64,000 bases of DNA from Candidatus Pacearchaeota archaeon (lineage in GTDB: Archaea > Nanobdellota > Nanobdellia > Pacearchaeales > GW2011-AR1): the NCBI GenBank assembly GCA_016866955.1, contig VGKT01000002.1:16072-80071 (forward strand), given 5' to 3'. A model generated the notes under the pieces. The model was not told where the DNA came from. It saw nothing but the letters and a program-made list of their open reading frames with translations, and searched no databases. Below are positions 30,768-39,576 of this stretch, piece after piece. Within the stretch, counting starts at the first letter, position 1. Every line of letters begins with the position of its first letter. Made by a program: the position numbers and the translations under genes.

Positions 30768-31273
30768 ATGGTTTCACTCCCCAAAGGAATACGAAGATAT
30801 TCTTTTTCAGTTGACATATTACGTATCACCACTGTTCCCGTAACTGCATCAACGGAGTGTGCACGCACGCGATACGAAAGAACACCATCACGAATAGGCA
30901 ATAATCCTTCTCCTCGCCAGAAAAACCAAGAATACGTTCGCTCTTTCACCGTCGTAGGTTGGGCAGAAGAATCAATAAACGTCCATCCAAGAGGAAGTTG
31001 TTCTTCGAGTAAAAAAGAAGAAGGAGGATTAAAGGCATTCACATTCACTTTAACTTGTACCGTTAGAACATTCCCTTCATCTTCAATAATCGCACGTTGT
31101 AAACAAATATGTTCGTCAGAAAAAAATCGAGCGGCACCCATTCCCCCTAAACTCAAAACCACTAAACAAATACCTATCAAAAGTCCGATACTAATCGCAC
31201 CGAGTCCTCGCTGAGAAGCAATCACCTGCATCATATACTGGGCATGTACGCATTTATAAATACTCCTCGACAA
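30758..31273 (-). CDS. hypothetical membrane-anchored protein, co-transcribed with the giant gene
   Basis: One TM helix. Overlaps the giant gene start by 10 nt. The real start may be the internal Met-Met at about 31232, preceded by ATTTATAAA. Confidence 0.45.
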   Translation of the reverse strand: MSRSIYKCVHAQYMMQVIASQRGLGAISIGLLIGICLVVLSLGGMGAARFFSDEHICLQRAIIEDEGNVLTVQVKVNVNAFNPPSSFLLEEQLPLGWTFIDSSAQPTTVKERTYSWFFWRGEGLLPIRDGVLSYRVRAHSVDAVTGTVVIRNMSTEKEYLRIPLGSETICA

Positions 31274-31296
31274 AAAAGTACCCTCTAAAAATAAGA

Positions 31297-31317
31297 TTGT
31301 TGAATGACAACAATCTT
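31297..31317. promoter_or_regulatory. perfect 8-bp inverted repeat GATTGTTG-N5-CAACAATC adjacent to the TATA box of the giant-protein operon region
   Basis: gattgttgaatgacaacaatc is immediately followed by tttatatagg. Candidate operator. Confidence 0.4.
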
Positions 31318-31530
31318 TATATAGGAAAAAAGAAAATAAAAGATATGAATAAATGGCTTGAAATTCTTCTTGGACTTATCCTTATTATAGTACCAGTAGG
31401 ACTTGCATTAAGCACCTGGCCACTCTGGTGGACAAATGCACTTATTGTTCTCACAGGTGGACTCTTCTGGGGACTCATTGGTCTTGGCCTCTTATTTCTC
31501 CTCCTAGGTATTTCTGATTTGAAAGGATAA
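31297..31530 (+). CDS. small hypothetical membrane protein
   Basis: Two TM helices. The start is more likely MNKW at 31346, 18 nt after the TTTATATAGG box. Confidence 0.35.
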   Translation: MLNDNNLYIGKKKIKDMNKWLEILLGLILIIVPVGLALSTWPLWWTNALIVLTGGLFWGLIGLGLLFLLLGISDLKG

Positions 31531-31531
31531 T

Positions 31532-31723
31532 ATGAACACGGGCCCTCAGAAGCTTTTTATATACCTCACAAATGCAAAATATGCTCTTGATAACTTTACC
31601 TCAAATAAAAGAAAAAAGAATAAGAAAAAAATCTTGAAACAAGGGGGTATTCCAATAAAAAAGATACTAAAGCAGCGCTTATGCGTGGATAATATGTTCA
31701 GAAAAATTCGAAGGAAAAGTTAA
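31532..31723 (+). CDS. hypothetical basic small protein
   Basis: 63-aa Lys-rich ORF. Weak support. Confidence 0.2.
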   Translation: MNTGPQKLFIYLTNAKYALDNFTSNKRKKNKKKILKQGGIPIKKILKQRLCVDNMFRKIRRKS

Positions 31724-31915
31724 CAAAAGTGAGGAGAGCCTATCTGTTGATGTCCTGGAGAACAGGTTGTAGTGCCGCAACTTGTCTGATATGCAGGTGA
31801 AGAAACCATACGACAGAAACCCCAACGAAACGTTCGTTTTGCGGAACCTTAACAAGAAACGACTATTTAATTGTTATTTATGTTGGGTTGATAGGATAGA
31901 CTAATGTTCCGAGCG

Positions 31916-34060
31916 CTAAACTCTTTTTGCACAAGTAACGCTTGTTAAATATCCGCAACGATCTCCGGTACAAGCAGGGGCTGCAACCCAAGAAGTGCCA
32001 TCCCATGATACCTTCACGTTTCCTTTACGTCTACATCCGTGCGTCCAGCATTGTGTTGTATGATTTGTAGAATAAGCATGTCCTGCTTCAACACAAAGTC
32101 GATCTAAAGATTGTTTAACTTGAGCAGCAGAACGAGCGGGAGAGATAGTAACAGTTTGAACAGTCGCACAAGTAACGCTTGTTAAATATCCGCAACGATC
32201 TCCGTCACAAGCAGGGGCTGCAACCCAAGAAGTGCCATCCCATGATACCTTCACGTTTCCTTTACGTCTACATCCGTGCGTCCAGCATTGTGTTGTATGA
32301 TTTGTAGAATAAGCATGTCCTGCTTCAACACAAAGTCGATCTAAAGATGGTTTAACTTGAGCAGCAGAACGAGCGGGAGAGATAGTAACAGTTTGAACAG
32401 CATTCACAGGTTTAGGAATCGCAACAGTAAATGTTTGCACAGGTTTAGGAATCGCAACAGTAAATGTTTGTCCAGAACTCAAGGTCACCACTAACGTTGC
32501 CCCTTCAAAGGGCGTATGAGCTGGTTGCATATACAGAACAAAGGGAGTCGTCCCAATACCAAAGGGAATCTCTTGCTTATACGCTTTGTTCACAAGGGTC
32601 CTTGATGAATCATTATACACTACAATCGGCCAAGCTCGGGTATTTGTAGTTGACCAATATTCTCCTGCCCAAGCATGAGTAAGATCTAATCCACGAATAA
32701 CACCACCAGTAGTAGAAGTAAGATTAAAACGAACAGCGAAATCAGTTCCTCCTGCTTGGACAAATTGATTCCATTGTCCTGCACGATCTTCACTCTGATC
32801 ACGATACGAAGCGGTACCTGAAGCTACCTGTGTGCATGCTCCATTACTACATCCTCCCGGACAAGTAAAGGGAGTAAGCGCCATTCCACCAGAAGCACAA
32901 TAGTTTTCTTGCACCATATTACCATTGCATGAATCAGTTTGAGGAGTTCCTCCCTGAGTAGTGCTTCCCTGCACAAAGATGTTTTTACCATCAGGAGCAT
33001 AGGAAGTAACATCGCTATCAGTGCATTCCGAAGTCCCACATTCAGGATTCCAAACTTTTTCTCCAGTAAAACCACTACATGCAATAAAATAGGCTCTTCC
33101 ATTTTGCAGTCTGAAATCTTCGTTTGTTCCAGAAGGTGAAGGTTGATAAGTTCGATTAGTGCTGAACCATTTTGCATTACCATTTTCAAGTGTAGGCTCT
33201 GTAATGGTATTACAACTTATTCCTTTCCGCTGTAACTCTCCCAATACGTTAGACGCCTTGTAATTAAATCTATTACTACATCTTGGCTCAGAAACAAGAT
33301 TATAACCGGATACAAGACTTATGTTTAAGGTTCCATCAATAAAATAACCAGTAAATGTAACTGGGCCTGTTGTTCTAACAAGAATTCCTTCATTTGTTTT
33401 TAAAGCAGGATTAAAATCATTGGACCATTTACCAAAGAGATAAGATGATGATTCATATTTGTTATTCCTTAATAAATAAATACTTGCCCCATTTGAACCA
33501 GTAACCCATTTGCTTAAATTGCCATCAGGCATTTGGACAGGAGCACCATAATACCCTGAAGAAAGATTAACAGAAATATAATTGCTTGGAGAGATACAAG
33601 CCCCATTTGAACAGCCATTAGGACACTCCAAAGGTTTAGAGTAAAGTAATCCGCCATCGCAATAAAATTCAACCAAGGTATTTTTTGTTTTATTCATTCC
33701 GATATTGTCATAGGGTCTTTCTTGTGCACAATAATCAGTTATTGTATATGGCGTACAGGCTGATTGATTTAAACATTTTGTTGCTCCGGTTGTAGTTCCA
33801 AGAACCTCATAGTTCTTTCCACCGTCGCTATCCGTACACGTAGCAGGAGGAACAGAAGGCACTGAAGTATTCACTGAAGTATTCACTGAAGTATTCACTG
33901 AAGTATTCACTGAAGTATTCACTGAAGTATCAGGACTAAATCGAACATCCGGGGATTTTGCAAACCAACTAAACGGATTCCACCACACCGCACTCACCAA
34001 CGAAACAGACAAAAGCGCCACTAACAAGAAAATAAAAACAACACGGGCCCCTTTATGCAT
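31916..34060 (-). CDS. secreted repeat-containing protein sharing a domain with the giant protein
   Basis: Signal peptide, (NTSV)6 repeat, and a Cys-rich region. The HAWAGEYWSTTNTRAWPIVVY segment is homologous to [20 protein letters not shown] in the giant protein. Two tandem 80-aa C-terminal repeats. Confidence 0.75.
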   Translation of the reverse strand: MHKGARVVFIFLLVALLSVSLVSAVWWNPFSWFAKSPDVRFSPDTSVNTSVNTSVNTSVNTSVNTSVPSVPPATCTDSDGGKNYEVLGTTTGATKCLNQSACTPYTITDYCAQERPYDNIGMNKTKNTLVEFYCDGGLLYSKPLECPNGCSNGACISPSNYISVNLSSGYYGAPVQMPDGNLSKWVTGSNGASIYLLRNNKYESSSYLFGKWSNDFNPALKTNEGILVRTTGPVTFTGYFIDGTLNISLVSGYNLVSEPRCSNRFNYKASNVLGELQRKGISCNTITEPTLENGNAKWFSTNRTYQPSPSGTNEDFRLQNGRAYFIACSGFTGEKVWNPECGTSECTDSDVTSYAPDGKNIFVQGSTTQGGTPQTDSCNGNMVQENYCASGGMALTPFTCPGGCSNGACTQVASGTASYRDQSEDRAGQWNQFVQAGGTDFAVRFNLTSTTGGVIRGLDLTHAWAGEYWSTTNTRAWPIVVYNDSSRTLVNKAYKQEIPFGIGTTPFVLYMQPAHTPFEGATLVVTLSSGQTFTVAIPKPVQTFTVAIPKPVNAVQTVTISPARSAAQVKPSLDRLCVEAGHAYSTNHTTQCWTHGCRRKGNVKVSWDGTSWVAAPACDGDRCGYLTSVTCATVQTVTISPARSAAQVKQSLDRLCVEAGHAYSTNHTTQCWTHGCRRKGNVKVSWDGTSWVAAPACTGDRCGYLTSVTCAKRV
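31927..32406. repeat. 2 x 240-bp near-identical tandem duplication inside the 714-aa gene
   Basis: Direct comparison. The sequence from gcacaagtaacgcttgttaaatatccgcaacg to agtttgaacag recurs with only a few mismatches. Confidence 0.85.
32418..32483. repeat. 2 x 33-bp direct repeat (TFTVAIPKPVQ twice)
   Basis: cacaggtttaggaatcgcaacagtaaatgtttg occurs twice in tandem. Confidence 0.8.
33858..33930. repeat. 12-nt tandem repeat (tcactgaagtat)x6 encoding (NTSV)n
   Basis: Seen directly in the sequence. Confidence 0.85.
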
Positions 34061-34062
34061 AC

Positions 34063-34082
34063 GAGAGAGAGAGAGAGAGAGA
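34063..34082. repeat. (GA)10 dinucleotide microsatellite between the TATA box and start codon of the 714-aa gene
   Basis: gagagagagagagagagaga sits between the ATG (34058-34060, minus strand) and CTATATAAA (34085-34093). Confidence 0.95.
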
Positions 34083-34084
34083 CG

Positions 34085-34093
34085 CTATATAAA
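34085..34093 (-). promoter_or_regulatory. TATA box of the 714-aa secreted-protein gene
   Basis: CTATATAAA lies 24 nt from the leaderless ATG. The spacer is entirely (GA)10. Confidence 0.55.
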
Positions 34094-34424
34094 CATTTCG
34101 CCAAAAACGGCTCAGTAGAAGAGGAGATAAAACGTAAAGAAAACCAGTAGGTTAGAAGACTCTACTCGCAACAAAATGCAATTATAAAAGTACAAAAACA
34201 TGAGGAAGTGCAAGCGTGGTGTGAAGAACCTGAAGCGCATCAAAAAAAGAGTCCCAAGCTCAAGATAAAGAGATCTGCATATATTCATACCGAGTAAGAA
34301 AAAGAAGGAAGGGGAACTATTATTTTCTTATGGGGTAAGAAAATACCTGAATACCTGCTCTCGCACTTCATCAAAACATACATTCAGAACCTCACAAAAA
34401 GGTAAGTAAACAATAAACCTATCT

Positions 34425-34979
34425 TTACTTCTCACTCAACTTAACTGCTGCACGAATATTTTTATTCAATTGTTCCATAGAATCATCTAATTGTTGTTTA
34501 TTCTTAGTTCCAGTACATACCAACTTCCCGTTACTAAACAATAAGAACGTAGCCGTAGGCTCAACTAATTTATACACCAACCCTGGAAATTGTTCAGGTT
34601 CATATTCTGTATTTTCAAGTTGTAATGCAAGTACATTCAAATTCAATTGTAAATCGATGCTTCCAGAAGCAACAATATTCTGCACGGTAATCTTTGGAAC
34701 AGTGGTGATACGTACTCCAATTTTACCAATTTGTTTCATCACTGCTTTAATGACTTCTTTTACTTGTGCCACCGATTTAGTACCCGTACACACCAGATTT
34801 CCAGAACTAAACACTAACACTGCAGATTTTGGTTTCTCGATACGCAACACCAAACCAGGAAATTGCTCAGGATTATATTCAGTATTACTTTGAGAACGTG
34901 CAAGTTTAGTCAAAGAAACTTCCTTACCTAAAGAAGCGGTAGCAACAATATTTTGGACCTTCAAATCCGATGTACCCAT
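34425..34979 (-). CDS. tbp: TATA-box binding protein
   Basis: Two direct repeats, each with a QNIVA..NTEYxPEQFPGLV..LxFSxGxLVCTGTK signature. Confidence 0.9.
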   Translation of the reverse strand: MGTSDLKVQNIVATASLGKEVSLTKLARSQSNTEYNPEQFPGLVLRIEKPKSAVLVFSSGNLVCTGTKSVAQVKEVIKAVMKQIGKIGVRITTVPKITVQNIVASGSIDLQLNLNVLALQLENTEYEPEQFPGLVYKLVEPTATFLLFSNGKLVCTGTKNKQQLDDSMEQLNKNIRAAVKLSEK

Positions 34980-35053
34980 ATCGGTGTTTATATAGTACTT
35001 CCTTTATAAAGGTGCCGTTTATAAAGGGATAGAGAAGAAGAAAAAAGGGCCTC

Positions 35054-36766
35054 TCACTGTAATCCAAAACCACCAGAGGCGTGTTGTTTCTTCACCAACG
35101 CCTTAATCTCATCCAAGGTAGCTATATCATGCGGTTTCCGATCAGGACGATAATGTAAAATACGTGGAAAACGTAATCCAAATCCTGAAGTATACCGTGG
35201 ACTTGGTTGAATATTTTGATACGTAATACTCACCACAAGTTGGGGTTTCACTCGGACCATATTTCCTTCAGTATGCGTAATCAACGGTTTCAAAAGTTTT
35301 GTCATTGCTTCATAGGTCATCCCTTCTTCCTCTTTCTCTTTCAATCCACTACTCACCATTCCCAATTCTTTGTAATGTGCCCCTTCTTTACATGCAACCA
35401 CATAACTCGTCAACCAGCCCCCTCGTTTACCAGTTCCTGTCTCTGCACCCACAATAACCACATCTAAATCAGCTACAAGAGGTTTTAGTTTAACCATGTA
35501 CCCTACTCGCCTCCCTGGGCGATAAGGAGCATCTAACTTCTTAATCATAATACCCTCTTCACCTAAAGCAAGCGCTTTTTTGTAAAATCGTTCAGCAACA
35601 GCCAGGTCATCAGTAACTATCTGTTCAGAAGGATGAATCTCTTTATGAACAGGAATAATCTTCTCAAGTAATTTCCTTCGCTCGACAAAAGGCAATTCAG
35701 TCACCCCTTCTCCTTTATAATACAACACATCAAACACATTGACGACCACTGGCAATTGTTTCACTAATTCTTCAATATGATGCTTTCGTCTAATACGTTG
35801 GCTAATTGCTTCGAATGGTTTTGTCTTGCCTGTTTTCGGGTCATGCCCCACTACCTCAGCATCTAAAATATAAGTAGTATTTCCCAACGTTTTCTGCATC
35901 ACTTGTACTACATCAGGAAATTGATGTGTAACTGATTCCAATTTTCGAGTAAACAAACGAATTTCTCCTTTTTCATCACGCATCAGCACCATCCGAAACC
36001 CATCATACTTATGTTCCAAAGCAGCAGGTTTCCCACAAATCTCAAATGCTTCAGCTAAATCCGTCACTTTCACCGGCAACATAACTTGCAAAGGTTTATT
36101 CGGATGTAACACCATTTTCCGCAACGCAGCTTTCCCTCGCGCAGCAGCATGTAGCACGCCCGCAAAGTCAGTAGTCAAATCATAACTCTCTTGCACCAAT
36201 GCAATGACTTCACTTTCATCAGGATACCAGGCTTGTGCAATCGCATCAACCAACACCGCCCCTTGGACACCAATACGCAAATCGCCCAATAAAGTCCGTA
36301 CAATATATTTTGCTTCCAAAGCTGAAGCCTGTCCTAACAATCCTTCAACCACTCCAAGCTTTCGTTCCACACTTCCTTTCCCACTCAATCCCAAAATACT
36401 TTCTAATTGGGTAAAAAGATAAGCAGTAGTCAAAGATTTTGAAAACAATCCTTTTTGTGTTCGTTTTTCAACAAGTTTCTCCGTAATCTCTCCCAAATCT
36501 CCTTGTGTTGCAAACAAAGCCTCAATCTTTTCAAAGGTCTTTCCAAATGTTTGTGCAAGTCCTTTCATCACTAATTGCTTCGAAATACCAAATTCTCGAT
36601 TATCATAATCAGCAGTTACTTTTCCATGAAGCAAATACACAAATCGTGCATCTTCTTTTAACAAAAGAGGTAAAAACTTCGCAAGAATATCGCGTTTCTC
36701 CAAACGCTTGGTTGTTCCTCCAAGCTTCTCATACACTTCAACTAATTCCTTATACTGCATCACCAT
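35054..36766 (-). CDS. lig: ATP-dependent DNA ligase
   Basis: Adenylation motif I KYDGFR, OB domain and conserved C-terminal ligase motifs. Confidence 0.9.
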   Translation of the reverse strand: MVMQYKELVEVYEKLGGTTKRLEKRDILAKFLPLLLKEDARFVYLLHGKVTADYDNREFGISKQLVMKGLAQTFGKTFEKIEALFATQGDLGEITEKLVEKRTQKGLFSKSLTTAYLFTQLESILGLSGKGSVERKLGVVEGLLGQASALEAKYIVRTLLGDLRIGVQGAVLVDAIAQAWYPDESEVIALVQESYDLTTDFAGVLHAAARGKAALRKMVLHPNKPLQVMLPVKVTDLAEAFEICGKPAALEHKYDGFRMVLMRDEKGEIRLFTRKLESVTHQFPDVVQVMQKTLGNTTYILDAEVVGHDPKTGKTKPFEAISQRIRRKHHIEELVKQLPVVVNVFDVLYYKGEGVTELPFVERRKLLEKIIPVHKEIHPSEQIVTDDLAVAERFYKKALALGEEGIMIKKLDAPYRPGRRVGYMVKLKPLVADLDVVIVGAETGTGKRGGWLTSYVVACKEGAHYKELGMVSSGLKEKEEEGMTYEAMTKLLKPLITHTEGNMVRVKPQLVVSITYQNIQPSPRYTSGFGLRFPRILHYRPDRKPHDIATLDEIKALVKKQHASGGFGLQ

Positions 36767-36983
36767 ACTCTGATTGACAAAGACGAGTATAAAAGCATAT
36801 CTTTCAAAAGAAAATTCCTACCGACGATAAAAACTACTTACCGTCGATACAAAAAGAAGTGCAAACACTAACGAAAGAATCATCACTCTCTTGTACGTCG
36901 TTTCTCCAACAATTACTCATATATAAACATTTATTTTTTCCTCAAAACAACAACTATATAAAAACAAAAAAGAGAAGAATGAT

Positions 36984-37685
36984 ATGAAAAAAGAAACAAG
37001 ATATCAACTCTTCTTACTCACTCTTTTCCTGGCCGTCTGGATCTGGGCAGCAAGTGACCCGGTATATCCACATGATTGGCTCCTTGAAAATTATCTCACT
37101 TTCATCACTGTCCCCTTAATACTTATCACTGCACGCTATTTCCGTCTTTCTAATCTTTCATATACGCTCATCACGCTATTTATGATACTCCATACAATTG
37201 GTAGTCATTATACGTATGCAGAAGTTCCCTTTGGTTATACCCTCCAAGACTGGTTTGGTTCAAGTAGAAACATGTACGATCGCTTAGTACACTTTTGTTT
37301 CGGTTTTCTCATTGCTTACCCCATGCGTGAAATCTTTATGCGTATTGGAAAACAGCGTGGATTCTGGAGTTATTGGATTCCAATTGAACTCACGCTAGCA
37401 ACATCTTGTATATATGAACTCATTGAATGGGGTGTTGCAGCAATAGTAAATCCTGAAGCAGGACTCGCTTTCCTCGGAAGTCAAGGAGATATTTGGGATG
37501 CACAAAAAGATATGGCTCTTGCAGGAGTGGGCGCACTTATCGCCTTAGGTATTGTCTTTTTCATTAACCTCAAATATAATAAAAACGTCTGGTCAGATTT
37601 CAAAGCCTCATTACGCATCCCAAAAGATGACAAACCATTGGGAGAAGTTAAACTCAGAGAATTAGTAAAGAGAAATAACTACTAA
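36984..37685 (+). CDS. DUF2238 (YjdF-like) membrane protein
   Basis: Multi-TM protein with HTIGSHYTYAEVPFG, characteristic of the family. Confidence 0.6.
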   Translation: MKKETRYQLFLLTLFLAVWIWAASDPVYPHDWLLENYLTFITVPLILITARYFRLSNLSYTLITLFMILHTIGSHYTYAEVPFGYTLQDWFGSSRNMYDRLVHFCFGFLIAYPMREIFMRIGKQRGFWSYWIPIELTLATSCIYELIEWGVAAIVNPEAGLAFLGSQGDIWDAQKDMALAGVGALIALGIVFFINLKYNKNVWSDFKASLRIPKDDKPLGEVKLRELVKRNNY

Positions 37686-37732
37686 TATTCTAAGCACTCA
37701 TAATCTTATAAAGAAGGAAAAAATAAAAAGAT

Positions 37733-38410
37733 ATGGAAAAAATATCTGCAGGAAATTATGATCTCAACGTATTACTTCATGGAGGGTATGAGTCAGACAT
37801 TATTTCAATGATTTACGGACCTTCAGGTGCAGGAAAAACTAATTATTGCTTACTCGTTGCAATTTCACAAGCGAAAAAAGGAAACAAAGTAGTGTTTATC
37901 GATACTGAAGGGGGATTCAGCATTGAACGCATTACTCAACTTGCAGGGGAAGAAACAGAAAAAATACTTCCCAACATCAGTGTACTTCAACCAACCTCAT
38001 TTGGAGAACAACAACAGGCATTTCAACAACTCAATAAATATCTCAAACAAGGCATCAGTGTCCTCATTATTGATGGCATGACCATTCTGTATCGCCTTGA
38101 AAACGTAGGAGTGTCCGAAGAACAAATGCGAAATACAAATAGACAACTTGCAAAACAAATGCAACAACTTGCAGAAATTGCACGTAAACGACATATTCCA
38201 GTCATTATCACCAACCAAGTCTATCGCTGGGAAGAAACAACCAAAATGGTTGGAGGTGATGTCATGCAATATTGGAGTAAATGCCATATAGAACTTACCA
38301 AAGAAAATGGCATGAGAAAAGCAGTCATACGGAAACATCGCTCATTACCTGAACGAGAACTTAACTTTGAAATAACGGAAAAAGGAATTAAAAAGAAAGG
38401 GCTTTTTTAA
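37733..38410 (+). CDS. radB: RadB-like recombinase paralog (RecA/RadA superfamily)
   Basis: Walker A GPSGAGKT and Walker B VLIIDG in a roughly 225-aa RecA-fold protein lacking the RadA N-terminal domain. Confidence 0.75.
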   Translation: MEKISAGNYDLNVLLHGGYESDIISMIYGPSGAGKTNYCLLVAISQAKKGNKVVFIDTEGGFSIERITQLAGEETEKILPNISVLQPTSFGEQQQAFQQLNKYLKQGISVLIIDGMTILYRLENVGVSEEQMRNTNRQLAKQMQQLAEIARKRHIPVIITNQVYRWEETTKMVGGDVMQYWSKCHIELTKENGMRKAVIRKHRSLPERELNFEITEKGIKKKGLF

Positions 38411-38450
38411 GCTCTTAAAATAAAAATAAAAAATAGAAAGAAAAAGAGAA

Positions 38451-38630
38451 TTATCTCTTCTTTTTCTGAGATACGTCACAGCATTCTTTGCACGCAAATT
38501 GATGTACAAGCAAGAGAACTGCTGCAATACCTATGATCAAACTACTCGAACCGAGAAGCGCTGGCCAAAATGCAAGGACTGCGATCACAAGATACAACAC
38601 AGTTTGAACAAGAGAACAATTACATTTCAT
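38451..38630 (-). CDS. small Cys-containing membrane protein (59 aa, not in the ORF track)
   Basis: MKCNCSLVQTVLYLVIAVLAFWPALLGSSSLIIGIAAVLLLVHQFACKECCDVSQKKKR. GAGGTGA 4 nt upstream of the ATG. Confidence 0.4.
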   Translation of the reverse strand: MKCNCSLVQTVLYLVIAVLAFWPALLGSSSLIIGIAAVLLLVHQFACKECCDVSQKKKR

Positions 38631-38691
38631 GTCTTCACCTCAAAAATACTAAGAAAAAGGGCTTAATAAAGGTTACTCAAGAAAAAAAGAG

Positions 38692-38952
38692 TTACAAGCC
38701 TTTAGCCATGGCTTCAGTATCTTTTTGCACAGCAACAACCGCTTGTTTTACTACCTTTTCAACGCCCGCGGCATGGCGAATAGTCATGATAACAGGTTTT
38801 GAATAATGCTCTTTTTTCCAAGCAGCGAAATCAACCCCTTGTTCATAAAGGTACGCGCGAAGAGCCTCAGCAACAGTAACATTGTCTAAAGACAGAGTAG
38901 CTTCAGATTTAGAAGACAAAGTAAGTGTAATATGCATACAAAGCTGAGACAA
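38692..38952 (-). CDS. rpoL: DNA-directed RNA polymerase subunit L (Rpo11)
   Basis: Size and pattern (LDNVTVAEALRAYL...VDFAAWKKEHY.KPVIMTIRHAAG) match the RpoL/Rpb11 fold. Confidence 0.6.
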   Translation of the reverse strand: MSQLCMHITLTLSSKSEATLSLDNVTVAEALRAYLYEQGVDFAAWKKEHYSKPVIMTIRHAAGVEKVVKQAVVAVQKDTEAMAKGL

Positions 38953-38975
38953 AAAGCGATTTATAAAGCTTGCCC

Positions 38976-39536
38976 TTACTCTTCATCAACCAAGGAAATA
39001 TCCTTCCCCATCAAATCCTGAGCCGTAGCATCAGCAATCGCTTGTACTGAAGAGGCCGCAACAATGCTTTTGGTCGTAGAAGCATGAGGGGTATGAGGTA
39101 AGTAACTTCCCCCTCTTCGTACATTCACCCCATAATATCGTTCTAAAGTACTTAACGCCACATAATCTCGTCCCACCACTCCATTTTCAAGCAATTTAAT
39201 ATCTTCTTTTTTCACACCCGTTGCATCACTCACTTGTTTTCGAGTCATATTACGCACTTTACGTTGCTTCTGCAATTCCCAATGAAAATGATCTGCTAAT
39301 CCTGCCCGTAATTCATCATCACGCAAAGGCTTGCGATACTCCTCAAATTTCAATAATCCCCGTTTAGTATGACTTGGGGCTCCTGGAACAGCACGAGATA
39401 AAGGAGTCATCGTTCCTTCAGTCACCACATCAGGCACTTTCTTCACAATTAACAACCCTTCACGCCGTGCATAGGATTCAGGGACTTTGACAATCTTACC
39501 ATCTGCAATTGCCTCTACATAGGATACTAAAGCCAT
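38976..39536 (-). CDS. hypothetical HTH-containing protein
   Basis: XRE-like HTH (MTRKQVSDATGVKKEDIKLLENG) in the middle of a 186-aa protein. Confidence 0.45.
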   Translation of the reverse strand: MALVSYVEAIADGKIVKVPESYARREGLLIVKKVPDVVTEGTMTPLSRAVPGAPSHTKRGLLKFEEYRKPLRDDELRAGLADHFHWELQKQRKVRNMTRKQVSDATGVKKEDIKLLENGVVGRDYVALSTLERYYGVNVRRGGSYLPHTPHASTTKSIVAASSVQAIADATAQDLMGKDISLVDEE

Positions 39537-39576
39537 ACTACAATAAGGAGAAATCTACTTTAAAGGGATTATGGTG

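Noticed and set aside
33858-33930. Regularly spaced 12-nt repeats as a possible CRISPR array
   Set aside because: There are no spacers: the units are contiguous. They are in frame inside a CDS and encode (NTSV)n.
34199-34267. 22-aa basic ORF (MRKCKRGVKNLKRIKKRVPSSR) as a possible L41e-like ribosomal peptide
   Set aside because: Composition is not the pure Arg/Lys run of L41e. No promoter or RBS at the right distance.
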